Shown piece by piece: positions 12,901 to 24,900 of a stretch of DNA of 64,000 nucleotides. Below the pieces are notes generated by a model. The model made no database searches and had not been told where the DNA came from. It saw only the letters and a program-made list of their open reading frames with translations. Both the position numbers and the translations under genes were made by a program. The first letter of the stretch is position 1. Every line of letters begins with the position of its first letter. This DNA comes from Antedon mediterranea (Eukaryota > Animalia > Echinodermata): contig NC_092679.1 of assembly GCF_964355755.1 (NCBI RefSeq), positions 16,165,432 to 16,229,431 on the forward strand, written 5' to 3'.

Positions 12901-15900
12901 ACTTTTAGCTACGTATCGTTCAAACGAGTCCTACGAAATGAGAGGAAATCAAAGCTGTCCTGTTACTATGAACATTGTGTCCGAACCTGTCTTGCCTGGT
13001 AGCATGACCCCTAGAGGTCAAGAAGAAAACAAACCAATTGTAATGCAACGAATTGATAACCTAATGGTCAGTGATTTTAATTTTTTATTAACAATTGTTT
13101 ATTTTCAGGTACCAGTCGAAAGCTATTACAAATACATACAGTATTTTATAATTTATAAATCCATAATTAAGCATATGTAGACTCATATATTTATAACATT
13201 TTCAATAAAATGGGAGAATCAATGTTCTAATAGTAGAATTTTTTAACAATTGTCACTGCCCTCACCCTACTTGAAACACCGGTTCTCGTCAGATCACCGA
13301 AGTTAAGCAATGTTGGGCCTGGTTGCGTTGTGGATGGGAGACCGTCTAGAAATCGCGGCGGGTGCTGTATATACTGGAGAGTGATGGTGTAATGGTAATA
13401 TTGGACTAGCATGTGATAGGCATGGGTTCGAGGTTATGTGTACCATACTAATTGCATCCTTAGGCAAGATGCTTTACTCTCATTGCCTCATCCTTCGGAT
13501 GGGATGTAAAGCCGTTGGTCCCGTGTACTTAACAGTGCACGTTAAAGAACTTGGTACACTATTCAAAAAAAGTAGGGGATCGTCTCCCGGTGTGCTGATC
13601 TGGTAGGCGCTGCACTGCTGGCTGCCGTGGGTCCGTGGAGGGCCTAATCCGAATTTCCTCAGTTTCCAGTTAAGCTTGAGGACAAATATGAATACCTTTA
13701 CCTTTACCTTTATGTCTTGACAGGGCATTGTATCCGTGGTAGAGCATAAATAAAATGTCTATTACCTTGTCTGTTGTAACTCCAGGCATAAATTATTTTT
13801 TTATGTACTTCTATAACAACTCTGAATTAATTAATTTTCTTATATTTGTAGTCAACAACACAGCTAGATTCTCGTGGCGTGTCTCAGCAAGGAGTTCACG
13901 TTAGAAGAGACCAACTCACTCTGGAAAAAAGCAATAGATATGCAGTTAGACCAGAACCGCGGAAGAAACCGGTATCAGCTTGGTCAAACGCTAGAAACTT
14001 TTCAGTGAGTTAAAATTACTATATTATCAAAATACAATTGTGAATGACTCTTGTTTAGTTGTAAATTATAAGTTTAGAAAACTATATTTTTGATTGTTTA
14101 ATTGTTTTTATAAATTAATTCAAGATGTAAAAATACTTTTGAATAGGCCATTTCACAGTTTTAATGAAGTTAATCACTTTCATAGGAAAAAAAACCTGAA
14201 AAATATAACGGACCAAATAAACGGTTACATATAAACCCATTGACTTTCAGTCAATCTGACTATTTTTCGGTTAAATTACAGATTTTTCAGGTTAAAACAT
14301 TTTTTTCCGTTGCAATTTTTGGTCAAAGTGAATAATTATTATGTGACATTAAAATGGCATATCCAACTAAACAAATTATTTTCAGGGGGACAATATATCT
14401 TTAAATTCATTTTAACCACAAGAAATTATCGTAAAAAAAGTTGTTTCTTCAAGTGTATATAATAAGCTAACAATGCACTTAAGTAGCATTGTTTTTTTCT
14501 CCTATTAAAAAAATCAGGAATTTGAACTCTGTAACAAAATACATACTTTGATTGGGATTATCCGCATCATTAGGACTTTCCTTACACTCAAATAGTTGTG
14601 TTCCTTTGGTTGTTCAGCTGGAAAAATTGTTACAAAGTAACAAATAGTGTGAAAATATGGAACTTGTGTAACATTTTTGTACCAATCTAAATAGTGTATT
14701 TAATGAGGGTGGGAAGAAAGGGGAATTTATAATGCATAACAAACAATTTGATTTAATGATGTCATTGAATATTTTACTTGTGAGAGGATAATGGTATTGT
14801 TTAAAGTTATTTTCTTTTTTAAAAGTGCCAACAAATTGATATTAATATTATATATACATTTATTCAGTTATTTGACAATAACTGCGTCCCGCACTAGAAG
14901 CAATGGCTTGTGTCATGAGGTAGTAGTGAATTAGTTTTTATCTAGCAATATTATATATATATATTTCAATTTTTTAGTACAGTCTACTCATTTACATACC
15001 CCTCAATCTGAGAGTTGTTTGTAAATGAAAAAGAATAAAAAGGTTTGGAAAAAGGCACCTGCAATTAAAAATCATATGTAAAATGTCAGGATATAGATAA
15101 AAACATTGTTGATTGTCATTGTTGGCTTTGTGATTTTGTTTCTATTCATAATTCTTAATATTTATTTTTTCTTGCAGAAATCAAGGCTTCAAGTGAGGGA
15201 GGAGTTATCAATGACTGTGGAGGATAGACTAAAAAACTTGTTAGATAGTCCAGCTCCAGGGGGCAGCATTCATTATCAGGTATTTATTATTGCTATAGCG
15301 CAATGGGAATTGTTAGTGGCATGGGGTCAATCACTCTCGTAAGGTATACTGACTGAAGAATTTAGTGCCCGAATGGCAGCTGGATAAAAGGTGTTACGAA
15401 ACCTATTTGTATGAGAAATGACGTTTAGACTTTGTTTTATATACCCGAATAAACTAATTAAAATAAAGTCATAATATTTTTTTCAGTGATTTTTCATAAT
15501 TTTTTATTTCACTTATTACAGGAAAACTTTGATGACGGTGAATTGATTCAACCGCCTCCGCCACAAGCAAGATATAACTATGGTTACGTGGATGATGAAG
15601 ATGAAAATAACAATATGGATGACGAGAACAAAATCAATGATATGTTAGATAACCCAAATAAGTTCAAAGCGCCAACTGACTGGGATCGATATGTTTCAGG
15701 ATACATAGTGAGTTTAATTACTATAGGGTGGTCTGTACATGAAATTTGGGGAGAAGAGGAAAAAAAAGATTTATATATTAATTAATCAATAGAACCCCCA
15801 TTAAGGGGACAAATTCAGAAACCAATAAAGTGTCCCCTTAATAAGGGTTTATTTATGTAATAATTGTTTAAATCTTAACATTTTACAGCCGTCACATGCT

Positions 15901-18900
15901 GAGGAAAAACTGGAAGGCCCAAGAGCTCAAGCGTTGCTTGATCGGCCCAAGATATCACCTAGAGAAGAAACGCCAACTCAGAGACCAGACCCCACTTTCA
16001 AATCGCCCCCAACTCAACACATGGGACAAAACAGGCATGAAAACAATTTACCAGGATATTTTAGTAGCAATAATGAACAGGAAAGGTACGTTTAAAAAAA
16101 GGTCTTATACCAACATTTTAAAATTATCTTATGTTTGTAATATGCAGTGTTTTATATTTTAACATTTTGTTAACCTTATATTATATATATTATATTTACA
16201 GCAATAGACAAGTCTTGCAAAACGCGAACATTTCTAGTAAACACGCGTAAAAAATATAAATGTTTTTTTTTATTGTTTCGTTTGTCTGTTCAAAATAACA
16301 GGCTAAAAATTGTGGCAAATTTAAGACCAATGCGGGTCAAATTTGAAAAGGGGGGTACCTATCTCTTGTATGTTAACAACAGTGAAAACTCATGAGGTAG
16401 ATTTTGCTAAGTACACTTGTCACAGAATTTATGGCGATATGGTGAGCATGCGGCGAAATCGTAAATATTGCAATACGTTGTCAAAATATGGTTTATTGGT
16501 GAAGTTTGTAAAGTCTGGTGTTAAACGAAAGAAATGAGACAGAGAGACAACCATGTAAGTTACGATAAGTACAAGTGTTTAATGGCAAAACAACACGTCC
16601 TTTATATACAGTAATACCTAGCACGCCACCACTCAGGTGTGTATGCAAATTGGGGTCTAGCGCCACCATATTACATCCCCCTTATCGACAAAAATAGAAA
16701 GTTTTTTTTTTAGATTTTTTAGAATATAAACATTTAGAATATATAACAACATCCCCTTCACAGCAAACTTGAAACAACATACTAGCAAAATATCATACAG
16801 TCAAAAAAAAAAAAAAAATTAAGTTATAAATGTTCGCAATATCGTTACAATTTTGAGGTATTCGTAGTTCGTATCATGGTTTATATCGATCAGGGATTTT
16901 CACTTCCCGTCCGGACCTTGTACGAATTATAGGTTGTTCTGGTTCGATCTCAGTTCTGCTCACATCTGGTTTATCCTGTGGGTCTGGGTTGAGAGGTTTG
17001 TTAGGTACGGTTGTTTCTTGTAGTACAGGCGTACTGACTGGTATTTCTCGGATGTGTTGTCGATTTCGTCTGGTGATTTTACCATTAGGACTCTGTACGA
17101 AGAATGATCTTGGTTCGTCAGCTATCCGATGTATAGTGGCAGGATCCCAGCATTTAGAACTCTGGTTCTGGATTCTGACCTGTTGACCTGGAATTAATGG
17201 GGTTAGTTCATTTGTACGAGCATGCAAGTCATAATAATGCTTTTGAACTTCTTGCCTTTTCTTCAATTCGTCGTATATTTTGTCAGAGTCATTGGTGTTG
17301 GTTAGGCTTATCTTTGTTGGTAGACTGCATTTCAATTTTCTTCCCATTAATAATTGAGCTGGACTGGGAAGAGATTGACTAACTGGTGTAGATCTCCAAT
17401 GAAGAAGTGCAAGTTCATAATCGGTTGACGATTGTTTAGCTTTCTTTAATATTGATTTTACCGTCCGTATTTGACGTTCGATGTACCCATTACCTTGGGG
17501 TCGTCTGGGTGAAGAAGTTGTATGATCGAAACTCCAGGCTTTAGCAAATTCTTTGAACACGAAACTGGAAAAATGCGGGCCATTATCGCTTACAACTTTA
17601 GATGGAACGCCATGTTCGCCGAATACTTGCTTGAAAACATCGATGACGACTCTGCTTGGACTAGATTCAGGTAGTTTGCGAATGATCGGATACTTCGAGT
17701 AATAGTCCGATATAATTAGCCATTGATGATCGTCGAACGTAAACAAATCAGCTCCAAGTACGCTCCATGGTTTAGTTGGTATGTCATGTTGCAGGAGAGG
17801 CTCGGACATTTGTGATGGTTGGTGCTGTTGACATATAGAGCATGATTGAACTAATTGGTCAATGTCTTTATTGATGTTCGGCCAAAATACAGTGTCCTTA
17901 GCAAGTAGTTTTGTTTTTTCTTGACCAAGGTGGGCGGTATGTAATTGTAGCAGTATATCACGTTGCATAGTTGAGGGTATTACGATGCGTTGAGCTTTAA
18001 GCACAAGGCCGTTGTCGGTTGACATCTCGTCTCTGTAACTCCAATATGGTCGCATATCTGTCGGTAACTGTTTGATGTTTTCCGGCCAACCATTGGTGAT
18101 GATGCCTTTAAGTTGGTTTAGGATTGGGTCTTCGGTGGTTTGTTGTTGAAGTTGAGTTACTTTTTCTGTGGAGAAACGAACAAGATCAACACGCACATCC
18201 AAATCAATGATTTGATTATTATTCATATTAGGCAAACGTGATAAGCCATCGGCAAGTTGATTTTTGACTCCTGGTAAATGTTCAATAGTAAAATTATATC
18301 CTTGTAATTTGATCAGCATCCGTTGTAATCTAGGAGGTGCAGATGTTAGTGGTTTATTTGTTATCATTATCAATGGCTTATGATCCGTAATAACGTGGAA
18401 ACTTCGTCCAAATAAAAAGGTGTGAAATCGTTGTACTCCAAATACAATGGATAATAGTTCTCGCTCGATACATGCATAACGTTGTTCAGTGTCTGTAAGG
18501 CTTTTACTTGCATAAGTAATTGGTTTGAGTTGATCGTTACAATCATATTGTAACAGTGTGGCCCCTAATCCACGTATGCTTGCGTCGCATTGAAGGATGA
18601 CAGGTTTGTTTACATCATAATATTGTAGTAACGTTGTTTCGGAAACTTCGCGTTTTAAAGCTTCAAATGCTTTTGCATGATGTGTTTCCCAAAGGAACTC
18701 AACGTCCTTCTTAAGTAGATCTCTCAACACTGTTGTTTTCGTGCTGAAGTCTTTAATGAAACACGAGAGGTAAGTCATAGTTCCAAGAAATTGTTGAAGT
18801 TCTGTTTTGTTTGTAGGCTCAGGCATAGCTCTTAAGTCTTGAACTTTCTTGGGGTCTGGTTTAATTCCCTTATTGGTATAAACGTTACCAAAGAATGTTA

Positions 18901-21900
18901 TATTATCTTGTTTGATGTGACATTTGGTCGAGTTTAAAACGAGGCCGGTTTGTTCTGCAACTTTCATGAAGTTAATCAGGTTAGCATCATGTTCTTGTTC
19001 AGTGGAACCAAATACTGCTATGTCGTCTGCAATTCCACAAACACCTTTGCATTTTCCAATGATTCGATCCATCTCAAGCTGAAATATATCCTGGCTCACA
19101 GACAATCCGAAAGGCAAACGCTGGAAGCAATAGCGTCCAAAGGGTGTTTGGAAAGTGGTAAGTTTCTGGCTGTCGTGATCTAACTTTACTGACCAATAAC
19201 CAGCTTTGGCATCGAGTTTGGAAAAAAACTTTGCGTTGGCGAATCTATGATTTATTTCTTCAAGTGTCGGAATTCTGTGTTGCGGACGGACAAGTGCCAT
19301 GTTTAAATATTTAGGGTCCAAACAAACACGAATGCTACCATCTGTTTTTGTCACATACGTTAGTGAGCTTACCCACTCTGTTGGCTCTTCAATTGGCTTT
19401 ATGATATTTAACTGCTCCATCTTTGAAAGTTCAGCCTTTATCATTTCCTTTAAAGCAATAGGTGTACGTCTCGGTGCATTCATTCGACTGGGAACGTTAG
19501 GATCAACAACAAGCTTGTGTATCGTTTTGAATTCACCAATACGATCAAACTGGTCAGGGTAAAGTTTAATAAGTTCTTCGATGTTATTAACTACGGGATT
19601 GTATTTGGTTGGTGTGTTGTTGATATTACAGTGCAGTGTTACAATGCGGAGTTGTTCGCATGTTGGAAGACCGATTACAGCTGGGCCTGGAACATCAACA
19701 ACAAAAAATGTGGTACTCAACCATGTAGAGTTCTCGTAACAGCAATGTATTCTTGTTGTACCAAAACATTTTATTTTTGTATCGTTGTAAGCCGTCAAAA
19801 CGTTCTGCGTGGCTTCCAATGCATTTGGTTGTGGGTAGCCTTTTGTATTCAAATTGTACGGGAACATGTGACGGTATGTTCTAAGTGGGAGCGTGTTTGC
19901 TTGTGCGCCAGTATCAACTTTTAATTGTAAGTTATGCGTGCCTGGTCTGCCGTCAAGTTTTACTTTGAGATTTGCGAAAGCTTCGTCTCGGGGTTTCGGT
20001 CCGTCTTGGAAACAGAAACTGGATACTTGTATAGAGGAGAAAGAAAATGATTCAAATTGCGTATTCATGCAATCAGTATCGTTATCATCAGTATGCGTCT
20101 GTTCAGACTGTTCCAAATAATGTACATTTCTATCATATCCATAAGGGCGGTTGCGTTGGTATCTACCCCGTTGTCTTGGGGATTGACCCCGTCGGTAACG
20201 TTGGTGGTTTTGAGCATAATTAGTTCTATATTTTGGTCGACTACGATGATCTTTAAATTTACTGGTTAGACAAAACTTAGCCCAATGGCCATTCTTACCA
20301 CATGCTCTACATACGTCATCACGAGCAGGACAGTCCTGACGGTCTAAACGGTGATCTGTGCCACAATTCCTACATTTTTGTTGTTGGTAGAATAGTGATG
20401 AAACGTTAGCGATTTGTCCTTGCCCATGCATAGATTGTAGTTCACTTATATGGGCGGCGGAGGCTTCGTAACTCCGACCAAGTTTGAGCGCGTCTTGAAC
20501 ATTAAATCCTTTTGGTTTGTTCATTAGATCTTTCTGTAATTCCGGTATGGGAGTACTAGCAATTATCTGCTCTATCAATCGCTCATTCAATTCACTATCG
20601 TTAAAATCACATTTCAGAGCAAGCAATTTGCATCGGTTAATAAACTCATCCAACGACTCCCCTTGTTTTTGTGTGTATTTCCTTAGCTTCAATCGACAAA
20701 TACGAAAGTTTTCTGAAGGTTCTAATTGCTCAAGAAATTTCTTGAAAATAGTAGCTGGCTCCTTTCGCTGCTCTTCCGTTAATGTCCATGTATTATATCT
20801 GCGAAGACCTTCTTCGCCTACGGCAAGAAGTATCAAAGGGACTTGTCGATCTGCGTCTGTACCTTTGACTTGGAAATATAATTCAACACGTTGTTGAAAT
20901 AACTTAAACGAATCTGCCGCATTTGGCGAGCTCCAATCAAAACGTGGAACGTGTTCAGTCATTGTTGACACGAGATATATACAATACCGGCTGTACTACC
21001 GTGGTGGTATGCTGGCTGTGTTGTGTTTATTTCGGCCTAGCATGCACAGAAACGGCTATTAATTGTTGCGTTTTGTCTTCACTGGTTATGTTTTAAAAAA
21101 AAGTAAAGATACGTAATCCCGCTTCTGACACCATGTAAAGTCTGGTGTTAAACGAAAGAAATGAGACAGAGAGACAACCATGTAAGTTACGATAAGTACA
21201 AGTGTTTAATGGCAAAACAACACGTCCTTTATATACAGTAATACCTAGCACGCCACCACTCAGGTGTGTATGCAAATTGGGGTCTAGCGCCACCATATTA
21301 CAAAGTTGTCCTTTAATATTGATTTTATTAATAATAATAATAATGATTTTTCGCCAACAGATTAAACTCAGCGTATCCTATTTACAGTGAACCAAATCAG
21401 GGACAGTATCCATCTTGGTATAAACCTCATCAGAACACAACATCACACTACCAGACCTCACAGGTAGTTTATGTAGTGAATCACAAATTGTACTAGTCAT
21501 TCAAAATGTATTTTGTATGTATACTCTCTATTGTAGTACATAATTTAAAATACATTTTGTATTTCTTATATTTTGTTGTATTTAATATATGTATATCTAG
21601 TTCCCTACAGTCAGAGGTAAATAAAGTTTTACTTTAATTTGAGTTGAACCTAATGCAAAACACCAAAAATTATTAAACCTCCAGAACTGAAATATTTCTC
21701 ACAGAATGAGAATTGTTGTAGAAGTAATTCTTGTAAATGTGCCATTAGGGGGGTGGGGGGGAGTCTATCAAATATGCATACTCGGATGTAAAACAAAAAT
21801 TCTTGGCTACACACTCCTATTTTTTAGTTTTTAATATAACTTTTTTTTTGTTTACTAGAATTTGAATCCACAATACACCACCAAAGATGGACACTTCCAA

Positions 21901-24900
21901 AAGTATCTGCCAAGCTACCAAGAACACATCAACAGACAGACACCAGACATAACCAGACAAACGGGACAAATGAGGATAAACAACTGGTGGAAGGAATACG
22001 AAGGACATCCACAGCAGTACAATGGTGAAAGAGATGGCAGAGATTACAACCTGGAGACAGACCAGTATAAAGAATCGGAGATGGCACAGGAAAAGAAGCG
22101 AAAGCTTCCATATGTGAATCAAGTTAATAATCAAAGTGAATTTGATGATTCTAAAATGGCTAAGCTACGTGAAAGAAATCCAATGCAAGAGAGAATATCG
22201 TTTTATGATGACTTAAATTCACGAAATCATATTTCCGGATTACCTACTGATGAATTTCCAACACCGCAGTATAATAGTACTCCGTATATGCAACCACCAC
22301 CACAGCATGAGTTTCAACCACGGCATGATAATTTGTTCGGTAATAAGTATTATTATGATGATTCCCCTGATTTTGATTTAAACTATGAGCCCAGTGACTG
22401 CTCTTCCAGGTCTCATACGCCCACGCTTCCACTGTTGTCACCAGGGAACACACCTCCTTCCTCTGTCGGTAGCTCTCCCATACTTGGCAGGTGTCGGAGA
22501 TCTTTAAGCATTGGTGGACTGCCAGAGTCAATGCAAGAAAGACTTCTGAAGTTGGCATATTCAGGAAATACCAAAGAGACTAACTCAAGTAGAGAAGTAG
22601 TGAAGACGCCACTCGAATTAGAAAAAACAAAGAAGAAAACAAGCCGCAAACCATCATTTTTATCTTTTTCACAACGTAAACGTAAGTATGAGAAATACAG
22701 AATATTTTTCTGATTTCTTTTTATTTCTTATTTATTATGAAAATGGGGTGTAAAATTTAGCCTGAATAATAAATGTATACATTATCCAGTTGTTTGCTGT
22801 ATCCAGAAGAAATTGGAAAAAATGTCAAGTTTATCTGGAGATGACTCAAAATATTGGGATTATCAGGAGATAAGAGGGGATGTTGAACCCACAAATGTGA
22901 AAACGCCCACAAATGTGAAAACAACCACAAATGTGAAAACGCATCACCCACAAATGTGAAAACAACCACAAATGTGAAAACGCATCACCCACAAATGTGA
23001 AAACAACCACAAATGTGAAAACGCATCAACCACAAATGTGAAAACAGCGCCCACAAATGTGAAAACGATCATCGCCCACAAATGTGATAACGCCCACAAA
23101 TGTAAAAACAAGAGTGACTTTTTCGCCCACAAATGTAAAAAAATCAGATCAAATTTAATGCTAGATTCAGACAAACATTATATCATGATTGTATTGAGTT
23201 GTTTGTTCACGATACGTCTGTTAGGGTCGTCGTTAACACGTTGGATTATTATCATTTGCTGCTCGTGCGCGCGATATTTGCACGTTAACTCGTTTGTTTA
23301 ATGAACGTAATAGTTCAAGACGATATTTGTTATTTGCTGCGCGCGTGCACGATACTTCAAGGTCAAGGCCATGTTATATCATTGTTGCTTCTACTGTGTG
23401 GTTGTTGGCTTACTATTATGTACGTATAGTTATAAGTCGATGTTCGATATTTTTTTTTTGCGCGCACACGATACAACAAGGTCAAGGTTAAATTGCTACT
23501 TGTATGTAGTGTGTGGTTATTAACTCGTTGGCTTACTGTTATGTACGTATAGTTCCAAGTCGATGCTCGATTCGATGTTTTGGGCGCGTACACGATACTA
23601 CAAGGTCATATATCATTGCTGCTTGAAGTGCAGTTGGGCTTACTATATTATTAGTATTATGTACGTATTATAGCTCCAAGTCGATGCTCGGTGTACACGA
23701 TACTACAAGATCAATGCTATACTCGTCGTTCAGTTATTGCAGTAGTTTTTACAAAACTATAACCACAAGATAATAATACAAGAGCTAGAGCAAGAACAAC
23801 TAATAAAAGAATATTTCTTTATTTTAGAGCGATAAACAAATTGTAACATAGAATAATACCGTAACACCAATATCCAACCAAACATAATACATGATACGAT
23901 AGTATCAAACTTGTCACGAACATGTATTCTATAAAACATACTATGAAATCTATAACAATTATACTAATGGACAAAACTTCCTACTATAGGCCTACTACTA
24001 TTTACATTCGTGGTTTAATCTGATGCTTATTGTTTAATTTGTATATCTATTTTTAGCGGATAATTATAAAGATATACGGAGAATAATATTACCTATTGAA
24101 TGCATTACAATTTAACTGATTTACTATCAAACGTATATTCGAAAATTTTTATGTATAATATAATTATAAGTAAATAAGTCAACGTACAAGGTATAACGGT
24201 ATTGTTAATGAGGAACAAACTGGCTTCATGAATTACCTAACAAAATATTTAAGGAGGAGTTGCAATGCGATTAAATAATGTTATCTACTAATAGTAGGCG
24301 TACACTTGATTGGAGATGCCTATAACACTGTATGAGCATTAGAAGTCATAACAGTAAGCCAACGAGTTAATAACCACACACTACATACAAGTAGCAATTT
24401 AACCTTGACCTTGTTGTATCGTGTGCGCGCAAAAAAACATCGAATCGAGCATCGACTTGGAACTATACGTACATAACAGTAAGCCAACGAGTTAATAACC
24501 ACACACTACATACAAGTAGCAATTTAACCTTGACCTTGTTGTATCGTGTGCGCGCAAAAAAAAAATATCGAACATCGACTTATAACTATACGTACATAAT
24601 AGTAAGCCAACAACCACACAGTAGAAGCAACAATGATATAACATGGCCTTGACCTTGAAGTATCGTGCACGCGCGCAGCAAATAACAAATATCGTCTTGA
24701 ACTATTACGTTCATTAAACAAACGAGTTAACGTGCAAATATCGCGCGCATGAGCAGCAAATTATAATAATCCAACGCGTTAACCACGACCCTAACAGACG
24801 TATCGTGAACAAACAATTATTGAAACAACTCAATACAATCATGATATAATGTAGTACCTCGATCAAAATTGTTTGAGTCTAGCATTAAATTTCATCTGAT

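Larger units (their letters stand above)
16507..21302 (-). mobile_element. Full-length Ty3/Gypsy (Mag-like) LTR retrotransposon, antisense in an intron of the CH/SAM gene
   Basis: Identical 169-bp TG..CA LTRs (16507-16675, 21134-21302); TSD AAGTT (16502-16506, 21303-21307); PBS TGGTGTCAGAAGCGGGAT (21116-21133, tRNA-Leu-like); PPT ...AAGGGGGA next to the 3' LTR. Confidence 0.97.

Noticed and set aside
13252-13371. Functional 5S rRNA gene
   Set aside because: Diverged, lacks a T-run terminator and continues into SINE domains.
15795-15846. Short palindrome CCCCATTAAGGGGACA..TGTCCCCTTAATAAGGG (similar at about 7850 and 53345) as an RNA gene or terminator
   Set aside because: Most likely remnants of a Tc1/mariner-type MITE; too short to annotate.
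16989-20897. Antisense ORFs within Gypsy element 1 (likewise 32027-35683 in element 2)
   Set aside because: Shadow frames of the long gag-pol ORFs; no env-like or extra gene seen.
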